64,000 nucleotides of DNA, from the NCBI GenBank assembly GCA_965112155.1, contig OZ218112.1; one strand, 5' to 3'. This document shows positions 11,720-23,272 of the stretch, in pieces. Every line of letters starts with the position of its first letter. Position 1 is the stretch's first letter. The notes beneath the pieces are model-generated. The model was not told the origin of the DNA. It made no database searches and saw only the letters and a program-made list of their open reading frames with translations. The translations under genes were made by a program, and so were the position numbers. The stretch is from Podarcis liolepis (taxonomy: Eukaryota).

Positions 11720-13230
11720 ATGTCTCTAGCCGTGGCTGCTGATCAAAGAGAATTCTCCCCCTTGCACTCTCTTGGTGCCGTAGGGGTGGGCACCCCAAGA
11801 GCCACATCGAGGGGTACCCCTAGCAATGCCGTAAAGGCAGCCAACAGGATTAAAAAAAGGGCCTTGTCTTCCAGCCGGAAGGTCCCACCTATGAAGTTAA
11901 TTATCTCTAAGAAAAAAGTGAGGGATGATGGCCCCTCCACCTCTGATGCCAGGCCCTACAGGGCCCTTCTAAGAAGAAAAAGTGGGCATACACAGAGGAG
12001 CTCACTGCTGAGAGCGATAATTCCCAGTCCAGTGACGACGATGTGCAGGAATTGCTGGGTCAGAACCGCAGCCTGCAGCGTCGCCAGGCTAGGGCTAAGG
12101 AGCACTTAGATAAGTCTAAGTCCCCTCGTTGACGCTTTCGTGAGGGTAGGCGTAGGCATAGGTCACCTGTTTCAAGTTCATCAGACAGCTCCTCCAGCCC
12201 TGATTCGCGCAGAACACGTCACAGGAAGAAGAGGTCTTGCAGATCGAGGAAGCATGGGCGTAAGTTCAAGAGGGATTCTTCAGATGTGTCAGGTACGTGT
12301 GATTCCTCCAGTGGCGAGTTGGAAGAACAGTGCAAAGGGTACTGGGTTACTACCCACAAGGCCCCTGGCCTGCCTAGTTGGATTTGGGAACATCAGACCC
12401 AGCGCCAGCGCCGTACCTTTGGGGCCAAGGAGCCATGTGGGGAGGATGGGCTTGATGCGGAAGGGAAGGTGCGGGCTTCTAACTTCAACACCACGGATCA
12501 GCCTCCTGGCATCCGGCTTTAAAAGAATATACGCAATCGCATTCTAAATGGGGAATTTGTGGACTTGTTTGCCCTGCTCTCCCCGGCTTATTCTTGTAGT
12601 TCCAAGTTTAAGCCTGAATCGCGTCACAAGAAGGACAAGGCAGTGGATATTGATAGAACTTTTGACAATTGGCTAACTGCTTTCGCCTCTTACATGGGAT
12701 TGGTGGCCGCTGCTTACCCCGATAGGGCTTGGCACTTGGCTAACTATCTGGGCATTATCTTAAAAGCCAAAAAAAATGGCAGGGGACTCAGTGGCTTTGG
12801 CTTACGATGAGCTGTTCCGTGAGAGGGCTGCTGAAGAACCCATGGCCCGTTGGGACATCAAGGACAATGATCTTTGGTCCGAAGTAGTGGCCCCAAACTT
12901 CCAAAAAAGAGCTTTTGGGGAGAAGTCAGGTAAACCCCCCTCCAAAGTGCAAAGGGTGGCTATATCAACATGTTGGGAGTTTAATAATGGGTTGTGCAGC
13001 AGGGACCGATGCCGCTTTGACCATGCTTGTGAGCATTGTAGTGGTCCTCACTCACGGACTAAGTGTTTTCGGCTAAGCCCCCTTTTCGCAGTTTTCGAAA
13101 AGCAGGATTGGGGAGTGGAGCCAAGGATGCCAAGGGAGACTCAGGAGCCTCTACCTCTGGAGCCCAGTAAGCCAAGGCTGCCTCCCGAAAATGAGGTTGA
13201 GGCACCACAGACAGGGTTTAGCGTGTGTGC
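11720..13230 (+). pseudogene. Decayed ORF1 (gag-like) of a DIRS/Ngaro-type tyrosine-recombinase retrotransposon
   Basis: Stitching the frames gives a K/R/S-rich N-terminus, then ...PPGIRL*KNIRNRILNGEFVDLFALL...RTFDNWLTAFASYMGLVAAAYPDRAWHLANYLGII...ALAYDELFRERAAEEPMARWDIKDNDLW...CWEFNNGLCSRDRCRFDHACEHCSGPHSRTKC (Cys/His zinc fingers). These motifs are typical of vertebrate DIRS/Ngaro ORF1. Lesions: frameshift near 11950-11970, TGA 12130-12132, TAA 12520-12522, frameshift in the A-run 12769-12776. No RT, RNase H or recombinase follows. Confidence 0.85.
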
Positions 13231-13231
13231 C

Positions 13232-13975
13232 CGCAATGCATTCATTTTAATGGCCAACACTCTACCTAACAATGAAAGTTTCATCCTATCCCATATTTGC
13301 AAGTTTCTTTTAATATCCTCCCAAGTTTTCAAATAATAATCTTTACACAAATTGATATACTTTGCTGTTAACCATACAGTGGTACCTCTGGTTATGTACT
13401 TAATTTGTTCTGGAGGTACGTTCTTAACCTGAAACTGTTCTTAACCTGAAGCACCACTTTAGCTAATGGGGCCTCCTGCTGCAGCCACGCCGCTGCCGGA
13501 GCACAATTTCTGTTCTCATCCTGAAGCAAAGTTCTTAACCCAAGGTACTATTTCTGGGTTAGCAGAGTCTGTAAACTGAATTGTATGTAACCCGAGGTAC
13601 CACTGTACTCCTAAATATTTAACCTTTTTTTAATCTTTAAACCGGATATAACTTGTAGTAAATCTTAACATCATCTTTAATATTTTTTACCAGGAGCTTG
13701 GCTTTATTTTTATTTCTTTTAAGACCTGCTACTTCTCAAAAAAAAAAAAAAAAGACTCTGCTGGATCTGCTACAGATATCACCGCATCATCTGCAAATAC
13801 TTTTAGTTTGTACTTTCTTTATCCCACCCTTTTCCCTTTAATATCCTGATTACATCTTATTCTTTGCACCAAAACTTCTAAAACTATTATAAACAATGAA
13901 GGTGACAATGGACAGCCTTGTCTAGTTCCTTTTGTTATTTTACAGTTCTCACTCAACATTATTTACTATCAGAAA
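13232..13975 (-). mobile_element. L1-clade LINE ORF2 reverse-transcriptase fragment, interrupted by a MITE
   Basis: Minus-strand translation gives ITKGTRQGCPLSPSLFIIVLEVL, YKLKVFADDAVI (FADD catalytic motif) and YLKTWEDIKRNLQIWDRMKLSLLGRVLAIKMNA. Confidence 0.9.
13377..13605. mobile_element. Tc1/mariner-superfamily (pogo/Tigger-like) MITE, family A
   Basis: TIR CAGTGGTACCTC...GAGGTACCACTG flanked by TA on both sides; inserted within the L1 fragment. Confidence 0.9.
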
Positions 13976-14477
13976 CTCACTTCAATTCACATTTAAAGTT
14001 AAGCCCACCTAATCTGCATCATCCATCCTTTGCACTCTAACAAAGAAAATGGGGAAAAGATTTGATTCCTTTCTTGTATAAAGACGAACCTACCTAATTC
14101 ATATTTTTTGAAACAATATGTAAACTGAAACACAGACACCCTCCAAAATCCACACTTCTAATTTTGCAACAGAGTTCTCCAGTAGTGTACTAAAATGAAT
14201 ATGCTAGGTTGAAATGTGCATAAAAATACATGTATTTGCAACAATAACACACAAAGAATGCATATTAAAGGAAATTGCATTACAATGATGTGTGCACATG
14301 AACATGTATGTCAATAGTCCTTTTTGTACTCATCCTTTGGGAAGGGTAACAATTGTTCCTTGAAATGTATTTTTGATTAGTATCTTAGGGTTTTCTTATT
14401 TATTTTTGTTTTTACATATGGTTTTAATGTTCCTGTGATTTTTTTTATTTTATTGTGCAAATCACTTTGAGACACCT

Positions 14478-14680
14478 CAGGGGTGCCCAAACCTTTTTCA
14501 AAGTGAGCCAGATTTGATGAAGTGAACATGCATGAGGGCCGACCAAAATTGTTGTTGACCTTTTTGAACGCATTGAGCTTTTTGTAGGATTTGATCCCAA
14601 TAAATAAACTGCCACAGGGACCAAATAAAAACAGCCAGGGGGCCGAATTAGGCCCCTGAAACAGACTTTGGTCATGCCTG
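14478..14680. mobile_element. hAT-like MITE remnant
   Basis: CAGGGGTGCCCAAA ... TTTGGTCATGCCTG termini resemble hAT/Charlie-type TIRs; no clean TSD. Confidence 0.55.
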
Positions 14681-15655
14681 CCTTAGTGCAAACATGTGAC
14701 CAGAAAATAACAAGACTAAAACAACACACACAAAATGCAGAGAAATTTGCACTATGGTGCCGATGAGTTTTCTTTTTTAAAAAATCACAAGCTGTTGCAT
14801 AATGTGAAGTACTAAACTTAAAATTAGAAAAATGAGAATCTTAAGAGGGCTGAGAACGGACACATTCATCCAACGCCAACTCTAAGCTGCTACCAGGTCC
14901 CTTTCCCACATATTTCAAGTCTGCTTGTGTGTACTTGTTTGCAAAGGGCTTCAGTGTGACCTCCGAGTCAGGAGGACACGCCAAGCGAAGAAAGCTGTTA
15001 GTAAATCAATCCTAAAGTGATTTATTTTCCAAGTGACAGATACCAAGCAGGCAGTGTATATTTATCATTTGGACAAGGGCTTAATAAAGATAAATTCAAA
15101 GGACGAAACTCTGGAAGCTCATGCTTTGAAAACAGCCAGATGCCAAAACATACTTCTTTGATAATTAGCCAGCATTCATACATAATTTCAAGAGGTGTAG
15201 CTCAGTACTGTAATTTGGACATTGAATTCTCCAGTAAATAGTATGAAGTTTGCACAGGCGGGAAACTGGAGGGACTTTATATAGGAAATGAATATTCTTT
15301 TCCAGCCATAGATTCCAAAATGCTGAACCATCCTGTCTACAACTTATCATCCAAATTTTGAAAAGACACACAAGCACATTGGAATCTACCTTATAGGGAG
15401 ATAGACCCTTGGTCTATCTAGCTTAGTATTATCGACAATAAGAACCCAAGCACAGTAGCTCTCCAGAGTTCTAGACAAGGGATATTCCGTCCTACCTGGT
15501 GATAATGGAGATGGAAGCTAGAACCTTCTGAATGCAAATCAGGCTTGGGAAAGGACCTGCCAGGAGGACATCTGCTGATCTGAGAACACAATATGCAGAT
15601 TAAGGTGTTCTGTCGCAACTGTTCCTCACAGAGAATACAGTCCAGATTCCACACA

Positions 15656-15672
15656 TAATAATAATAATAACA

Positions 15673-15726
<54 letters not shown>

Positions 15727-15733
15727 TTATTAT
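15656..15733. repeat. (AAT)n/(ATT)n microsatellite, tail of the adjacent L2
   Basis: Direct reading. Confidence 0.9.
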
Positions 15734-16275
15734 GTATATGCTGCCCATCTAACTTGGTTGTCACTTTGGGCAGCTCCCAACAAAATACTAAAAGCACAGC
15801 AAAACATCAACCATTCAAAATTTCCCTGAACAGGGCTGCCTTCGGATGTCTTCCAAAAGTCAAATAGTTGTTTATCTGGCTGACATCGAGCAAGAGGGCA
15901 TTCCACAGGGCGGGCACCACTATCAAGAAGACCCTCCACCCAATTCCTTGTAGCTTCACATCTCACAGTGAGGGAACCGTCAGAAGGCCCTTGGAGGTGA
16001 ACCTCAGTGTCCAAGCCTGGATGGTGAGGTGGAGACGCTCCTTCAGGTATACAGGATCAAGGCGATTTAGAAATTTAAAGGTCAACACTAACACTTTGAT
16101 TTGTGCTCAGAAGCATACTGGGAGCCAGTATAGATCCTTTAGGACCAATGTTATATGGTCCCAGCTGCTGCTTACAGTCACCAGTCTAGCTGATACATTC
16201 TGGATTAGTTGTGGTTTCTGAACCACCTTCAAAGGTAGCCCCACATAGAGCACATTGCAGTAGTCTAAGTGGACT
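15734..16275 (-). mobile_element. L2-clade LINE 3' fragment
   Basis: Minus strand reads LDYCNVLYVGLPLKVVQKPQLIQNVSARLVT, a typical L2 ORF2 C-terminus, and ends in a TAA-repeat tail. Confidence 0.85.
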
Positions 16276-16374
16276 ACTTGCTTTTTTGTGAAAAAGAGAG
16301 TAGGCGGTTGTTAGCACACACCTGAAAGTATGTGCTTAATGCAACATGTAGTTCGCCCCTAGATTTGTTTACAT

Positions 16375-16611
16375 CAAGGGTCGGCAACCTGCAGCCCATG
16401 GGCCACAAGCGGCCCACAGGGATCGTTTAAACGACCCACGAGCTGCCCCCAAATCAATCTGTCGCTCGGCGAGTTGCTTCTGCAGCGCCGGACATCGTGT
16501 CTGCGCATGCACAGATGCCAGAAATCACATCTGCACAGACACGATTCGGCCCACGGAGCGATCTCCATGGGAGTGAACCGGCCCAGGCAAGGTAAACCTT
16601 GCCGACCCCTG
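16375..16611. mobile_element. hAT MITE
   Basis: TIR CAAGGGTCGGCAA...TTGCCGACCCCTG; perfect 8-bp TSD GTTTACAT (16367-16374 / 16612-16619). Confidence 0.9.
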
Positions 16612-17914
16612 GTTTACATGCAAGTTATCACTAAGAGCCTGCAAAAAATCCTGAATTGTTTTCAAGTGGAGTTGATGGTGGAGCTTCTTTCTTTAACCAA
16701 TACACCAAAACCAGACATGCAAATCTGAGCTGCTGAGTCTACAGTCATCCTGAGTTCCTCCAGTCAGGATCAGAAACAAAGAGAATGCATTAAAGCTGAT
16801 CAGGCAAAGCAAAAAATACCTTGCCTTGTGTATATACACAAGTAAGGAGATGAATCACTTGCACCCCTCGGGAACACAAATCCAGTCTTGTCAATATGAC
16901 AGAGAAGCAGGTGTTGGGTGCTTCAAAGCTACTCTTTAAACACACAAGTTTGCTTTTTCAGCACTTCAGAGAGGTGTAGGCTGAGAAAAGACAAGCACGC
17001 ACAGGAACATAAGCGCTTGTGAGATACCCACATTTAATGATGAATAGTTGGGTGGGTGGGTGTCCCCCCAACTGCTTATGTGGAACTGATCTCTATGTAA
17101 GCCAAACAATCATTGGAGGGCAGTGCAGAGAAGGTTCCTCTCCCACTTGTGTTCTAAGGCAGGCTAGCTGGACAGAGAAGGTGAAAAGTTCCATGGGGCT
17201 AGTTTCTACATCTTGAACCTAATGGTCAAACGAGATGTTACTCTAATTGGCAACTACATCTGGGAATTTTTAATAATGATAATCCTAGGGGGTGGCTGGT
17301 TATCATTGGGACCAAAGCATGTGGAGAGGTGAGGTTTAAGCCTTCCCTACCTGGCTGTATTTTAAAAAGAAGCACTGTTCAAGTGGTGCAATTAGTATCA
17401 GAAATGTCAAGATGAGCTCCTCCCACCTTATAGCATAGGTTGTTAGTTTTCATTGGTATCACAGATGAAAAGGACTAAACCTCCCTTTCCTGGCATGCTG
17501 TGGACCCAATGAAAACCAACCACCCCCTGAACTCCTAGCAGAGGCAGATTTAGGGGAGTGTGATTGGTTCAGTCACACTGGGCGCAGAGCCTATGGGGCA
17601 CCACAACTATTATGTAGAATGGAATACGAGAGGCAGGGAGGTGTTAATTTTGGTGTTGCACAGGGTGCCACTGAAATTTGACACCCTAAGGTCCACCATT
17701 GCAGATGTGGGAGGAGAATAAATCACTTTCTTTGCATTTAACATGTATCCTACATAGTTCACACTTCCTGAAACATTACATCAACACAGCCAAGCCATCC
17801 TTTGAAACTCGGGCTTCTCCAAATCTTGCAGCCAAGCACTGTGATTGATATATATATATATATGCAGGTTTTGGTGTCCTCGGGTGTCTTCCCGTGTAAA
17901 AGTTGGGGTGTCTA

Positions 17915-17954
17915 GGCGACGTTTCGACGAGGTCTCACTCGTCATCTTCAGGCT
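17915..17954 (-). ncRNA. Mirror copy of the hammerhead motif
   Basis: Exact reverse complement of 18021-18060 within the palindrome. Confidence 0.7.
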
Positions 17955-18020
17955 GGTGCTTTCGGCTTCTTGTTACTGGAACAGAGCGCTCTGTTCCAGT
18001 AACAAGAAGCCGAAAGCACC

Positions 18021-18060
18021 AGCCTGAAGATGACGAGTGAGACCTCGTCGAAACGTCGCC
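18021..18060 (+). ncRNA. Minimal hammerhead ribozyme motif (Penelope-type)
   Basis: CTGAAGA (18024-18030), T, stem II GACGAG/CTCGTC with loop TGAGAC, GAAAC (18050-18054), then a GTC cleavage triplet. Stem III is reduced to palindromic ACGT; stem I is short (GC/GC). Confidence 0.7.
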
Positions 18061-18138
18061 TAGACACCCCAACTTTTACACGGGAAGACACCCGAGGACA
18101 CCAAAACCTGCATTCCTGTACCCGTGAAAATCTACGAA

Positions 18139-18177
<39 letters not shown>

Positions 18178-18234
18178 AGATACCAACACACACACACTCA
18201 CACACTTACTTAAGTCCATGTTACTGTTTTATAA

Positions 18235-18685
18235 TTAGTGATATGAGGTGGAAAATTTGATTCAGTTCATGCTTAGAGTGGAAACTACGTAAATTGCATT
18301 TTTCGATACAATACGCAAACTGAAACACAGCCATCCTTTCAAATTTGCACTTCTGTGAATTCTTCAATGCCATACTCCATTTGAGTAATGTGTACAAAAA
18401 ATACATACGCTTGGGTAAAGTGGGCAGAAAGGCGTATATAAGTAAAAATAACATAGAAACATTAATTATCTTTGCAGAAACTGCTTTGCAAATGTGTGTA
18501 TTAGGCAAAATTGCATACCAACATGTGTATTAGAAAGAGTTCACATTAAAATGCTGAGCAATTTTCACGATGACTTAAAAAACAATTATCCCAAATTGAT
18601 GTGGAAATGTGGAGAGTGAACTTCAGTTGTGAAAAAATGAGAAACTGAGAGACACCAAAAAGAACAGCTTCATCCATCTGCATCT
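18235..18685. repeat. Unclassified AT-rich dispersed repeat; related copies at ~14130-14870, ~30620-30820, ~32050-32240, ~51750-52040, ~58280-59010
   Basis: Shared motifs such as aactgaaacacagccatcctttcaaatttgcacttctg and aaactgaga...gacag.ttcatccatc recur across these loci. Family not assigned. Confidence 0.6.
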
Positions 18686-19780
18686 AGGCCTTTTGGGGAG
18701 TGAGCAGATAACAACCCAGACATAATTGCTAATTATTGCATAACATGTAGTTTGGCCCTAAATTCGGGTTTGTTTGGTTGTTTGATTTGGTTGGGGGTTT
18801 TTTTTTAATAATTCAGAAGTGTGTCCTACAGAATTGTGGAGATTTCTGTCTGAGCAAATATGCTTAGGGCTGCAGCCTAAATCAAGCCTCTGCAAATGAC
18901 ACACGGCCCACAGTTTGCTGTTATTAAAAACCAAGAAACTGCTTTTAAGTTCTTTTTAACACAATCATTTCTGCGACTTCATTGAGCTGTGAAGATAAAC
19001 AGCCCTCCCACAGGTGATTTAGCCAGGGGATACCTCTCCACCCTGCAAAACCTTTCATTTTGCTAACCCTTTTAGCACCTCTCTTGATGTGACAAGTGAT
19101 AAGGGGCCTCATCCATCTCTTGTGTTAGTGTGTGTGTAGGGGTGACGGGTGGAGGGGGGGGTGTGGAGCCAGAGAAAACCTGCATGAAGCCCAGAGGGAC
19201 ATGCAACAAATCATCAGAGATTTTAATAGCTAGGAAAATAGAAGCTGCAAAATATTGTCATTCTAGATGTAAAGAAAACGAATCTTTTTATAATGTCACA
19301 TTTCCGCCATAGGGAATTGCAATTTATTGCCTCCTCCCGTTCTAATATCCAAAACAGGGATATTTTATGAAAATTGGAAGATCACTACACTGGCATGCTT
19401 CTGAAAAGTCACTCTGAGGTAGACCACCGCTGGGCACTTAGAGTACCTTAATCAGGGCAGTGTAACCAAATGGATCACCATCAGCACCCAATTATTATTA
19501 ATAATAGTTTATTAATTGTCTTCTGCACAATTGTCTCAGGACAATGTACAATAGAAGCAGCAGAAAAAACCAGTTAAAAAACATAAACAGCAGATCCATT
19601 TAAAAACAAAAACAACACAATACAAAATAAACACTCAAGGTAGAGACGCATTTATACAGCTGGGAAAACCCGTTGGAACAAAAATGTCTTCAACTGTTTC
19701 TTGAAGGTGCAGATAATGGCTGCCTGTCATACAGAGTTTACTCAGAGCTTCAGAATATAGAGCTTACCAAGACCACGAGG

Positions 19781-20066
19781 TAGGATTGACATATGTCCGA
19801 AATGTCCCAGTCGGACACATCCCTAGCCGGAATACTGCAGTCAGAAGCAGTGTCCGGGCAGAAATCGCAGAAATGTCCACAGAAATCCGGACATATGGCA
19901 ACCAGTGTTGGAAGTAGCTTAAAAATACTCAAAAAAGCCCCAAAACTTCCTTTTATGATATTTTGCCCTCTCTCCCCCCCAAAAAAAGTGCTCAACAACC
20001 TTGCCCCCCAAAAAGCTCAAAAACTTTCATGCTCGGATTTTCACTTTTTGAAATATGGCAAACCTA
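19781..20066. mobile_element. hAT (Tip100-like) non-autonomous element
   Basis: TIR TAGGATTGACATAT...ATATGGCAAACCTA; 8-bp TSD CCACGAGG/CCATGAGG, differing by one CpG transition. Confidence 0.8.
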
Positions 20067-20348
20067 CCATGAGGACACATCCCTGGCCAAAGGAATTGCA
20101 ACCTGTAATTCAGCATGGAGGACAACACAGGGAAACAAACTTAATCACACAGACTTAGGCTTTATTACAGCAGGTACACAGAAATGTAGGAGCCAGCCTT
20201 CTACCAGATTCAACCATCTAGTTTAGTCATGCCAACGTTGGACGGCAGCAGTTCTCAGGTTTCAAGCAGGAATCTTTCTGGGCCTTACTTAAGACATACC
20301 AGACCATGCAGCTTGGGTAAATTAGATTGGAATAATCAACTACAGTTT

Positions 20349-20831
20349 TGTCAGGATTTACGATCTACCTCTCACACCAAGAGATGGCTGGCTGGTTATT
20401 TTATAACTTTCAGATTTATTGGTATTTACACAGTAGTTCAGTCCAAGCACACAGCTCAATCTTCCTCACTCGATGGATCAGTTGAGCCTACTGGACGGTG
20501 GGCTCTTTTCCAACAGAATATATGCCATCTGCTCTGCCTTCTGTTGGCCTGACGCCAAGCCTGAACTCCTAGTAGTTCATCCTCCTAGTACGAGAAGACT
20601 CATGAGCAGATTGTCCAGTTTGCCCCTCCTCCCCTGAGAGCATGTCTGAAAGCTGCTGTCCTTCTGCCTGCCTTTCGCTGTCCTGGGAATTTACGACTTG
20701 CGTTCCAGGACCAGAGGGGCTCGCCTCACTCTCCGCATGTGAAGAAAACAAGCCTCTGTCACTTTCTGCCTGCCACTCCCCCTTGGTCCTCTGAACCCTC
20801 GCTGTCACTCTGGGAAGGGACGTTCCTTACA
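20349..20831 (-). mobile_element. Probable solo LTR
   Basis: Termini TGTCAGGA...TCCTTACA; flanks AGTTT/TGTTT (5-bp TSD with one mismatch); AATAAA on the minus strand (tttatt ~20415). Confidence 0.65.
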
Positions 20832-21387
20832 TGTTTCAGGACTTCAAAGGCTTTATTCATGCAGGAACTACTTACGGGATGAGCAGAGATTAGAGAGAGA
20901 AACAGAAGACATCTTGTCTCAACATGTTGGCAGAAAACAACAAAATGCCTCAGCTTAGTTAACTTAGACAAAAAAAGCTTACAAACAAATGCTGGCTAAA
21001 TTGCTAGGCAAAGAGGGCACTCATGTGGTTTAAAGTAACGCATGAATTAATTAGAATCTTAACGGAAGGAAATACTTTCCTCCAACAGTTCCAAGAACTG
21101 AATCATGGGCCTATTCCATACAAAGGATGAGCAGCATCACTGAGCTACAGCCCTTCCCTAAGTCAGGGAGATGAGGGGATTCTGTCAACAGCTTCATGGA
21201 AAAAATGGGTTTTGATGAGGAATTTGGAGGAACTAGGAGTGGTGGCATCACACAAGTGTTCTGGGAGACAGCTGCAAAGATAAGAGGCCACAAAGGAAAA
21301 ATAAAGCAGAGATATAACTAGTGGCAATTGACAGCGGTCTGCTCCATGAACATGAATGAAGGTCTTTTAAAGCTAAATCCATATATA

Positions 21388-21629
21388 CAGTGGTACCTCG
21401 GGTTAAGAACTTAATTCGTTCTGGAGGTCTGTTCTTAACCTGAAACTGTTCTTAACCTGAAGCACCACTTTAGCTAATGGGGTCTCCCGCTGCCACTGCA
21501 CCGCCGCCACACCATTTCTGTTCTCATCCTGAAGCAAAGTTCTTAACCCGAGGTATTATGTCTGGGTTAGTGGAGTCTGTAACCTGAAGCGTCTGTAACC
21601 TGAAGCGTCGGTAATCTGAGGTACCACTG
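21388..21629. mobile_element. MITE family A
   Basis: CAGTGGTACCTC TIRs, TA TSD, homologous to 13377-13605. Confidence 0.9.
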
Positions 21630-22147
21630 TATTGCCGTATCTGGTGGCAGCAACTTTCATAGTCCACCCAACCTTGCTGCAACCAATGGAAGCTGTAGCC
21701 CAAAGCACCTATAGTTCAAAGCACTAGGTTGATGAAGGCTGAACTGTGTGTTTTGTGAAGATGTACTTCCTTTTGTATGTTCTGAAACTTCCACCATTCA
21801 GCTGGTGTGGGGGTGACTTTCTCTCCATCTGTTTTTATCACATCACATGCAACTAAAGGAGTAGAAATACCAACCTGAGTAGTGCAGGTTTCCTGGTGAA
21901 TAAATTGAGAAGATGCAAGCAGAAACAGCAGGCACACAGTTGAGCAGGCTAAGCAACACAGCCTTATTAAGGTCGACTCAGAAGGAAGCCCCACTGAGTT
22001 AAACAGGACTTACTCCCATGTGAATGTTCATAGGCTGGGAGCCTTGAAAGGAAAAAAGGAGCATAGATGAAGGCAGGAATTGGTGCCTGAGTGGTAAAAC
22101 AAGGCTTTTATTGTCCCTTGGGTAGCTGAGTTCCATTTGGATTCACA

Positions 22148-22615
22148 GGAACATACAAACCACTTGCTGGACCAGGCTAGTGGTCCCATCTAGTCCACCA
22201 TCCTGTTCCCACAGTTGCCAAGCAGGACCCAAGCAAAAGTGCACTCCCCTGCTCTGTTATGGTTTCCAGCCACTGGTCTTCAGCAGCATTACTGCCACCT
22301 ACTATAGAGACAAAGTATAGCTCTCACGGCCAGTAGTTGTCAATTGAATGTACACAAGTTCTAATGCTTTGGGAGATGGAGAAAAGCTTTTCTCTACCCA
22401 CTTTCTCAAAGATTTGCATAATTTTATAAACTTATTTCATGTCTGTCTTGTCCTTTCTCTAAACTCAAAGTCCCAAACACTACAACCTTTCCTCAGGGCA
22501 AATTGCTCCAAGCCCTCAATAATTTTGGTTGCCTTTTTCTGATTTTTTTCCCCTGATCCACAGTAGCCCTTTTGAGGTGAGACAACCAGAACTGTGCATA
22601 GCTTTGCTCCACTTT
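22148..22615 (-). mobile_element. Degraded CR1-type LINE 3' fragment
   Basis: Minus strand reads YAQFWLSHLKRA... and RQPKLLRAWSNLP, resembling the CR1 ORF2 C-terminus; CR1-like 3' end at ~22150-22220. Confidence 0.6.
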
Positions 22616-23272
22616 AGAGAGCAAAATGCCTTGGGTCCTTACTGAGTGGCTGACTGCATGCATTACATTCAGAAGTTCAGTGCCCAACATGATCCAGTTA
22701 AAAGGATCTCAGGGAGCAGTATTAGGAAAAAATTACTGCTGAGATCTTTGTGAGCCACTATCCATCAGAGTGGTGAATACTAATACTAATTTATTATTTA
22801 TACCCCACCCATCTGGCTGGGTTTGCCCAGCCACTCTGGGTGGCTTCCAACAAAAGATTAAGATACAATAATTCATCAAATATTAAAAACTTCCCTAAAC
22901 ACTGGATTATTTGAACTAATTGTCTGACTCAGTAGTGCTAGGTCACTCCATATCCACCTCCATGGGAGGTTGACACATCCTCAGCTGACGTTCTGGACAA
23001 AGACAGGCTCTGCATGCAAATCAGGGCCACTGTCTTTTGTCTACAACTTGTATAAAGGTAAAGGTAAAAAGGTAAAGGGACCCCTGACCGTTAGGTCCAG
23101 TCGCAGATGACTCTGGGGTTGCGGCGTTCATCTCACTTTAAAGGCTGAGGGAGCAGGCGTTTGTCTGCTTCCGCAGTTTTCCGGGTCATGTGGCCAGCAT
23201 GATTAAGCCACTTCTGGTGAACCAGAGTTGCGCACAGAAACGCCGTTTACCTTCCCGCCGGATTGGTACCTA

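Larger units (their letters stand above)
17862..18141. mobile_element. Penelope-like element terminal fragment forming a perfect inverted repeat (126-bp arms plus 28-nt tail), inserted in (TA)n
   Basis: 17862-17987 is the exact reverse complement of 17988-18113 (the ORF track shows the same peptide on both strands). It carries a CTGAAGA...GAAAC hammerhead core and is flanked by (TA)n on both sides. Confidence 0.8.

Noticed and set aside
15600-15797. Poly-Ile ORF
   Set aside because: Translation of an (AAT)n microsatellite.
17845-18260. Identical peptides on both strands suggesting a gene pair
   Set aside because: A direct consequence of the DNA palindrome; no coding evidence.
20569-20808. 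79-aa acidic, Ser-rich ORF
   Set aside because: Lies inside a probable solo LTR, has a non-ATG start and no recognisable domain.
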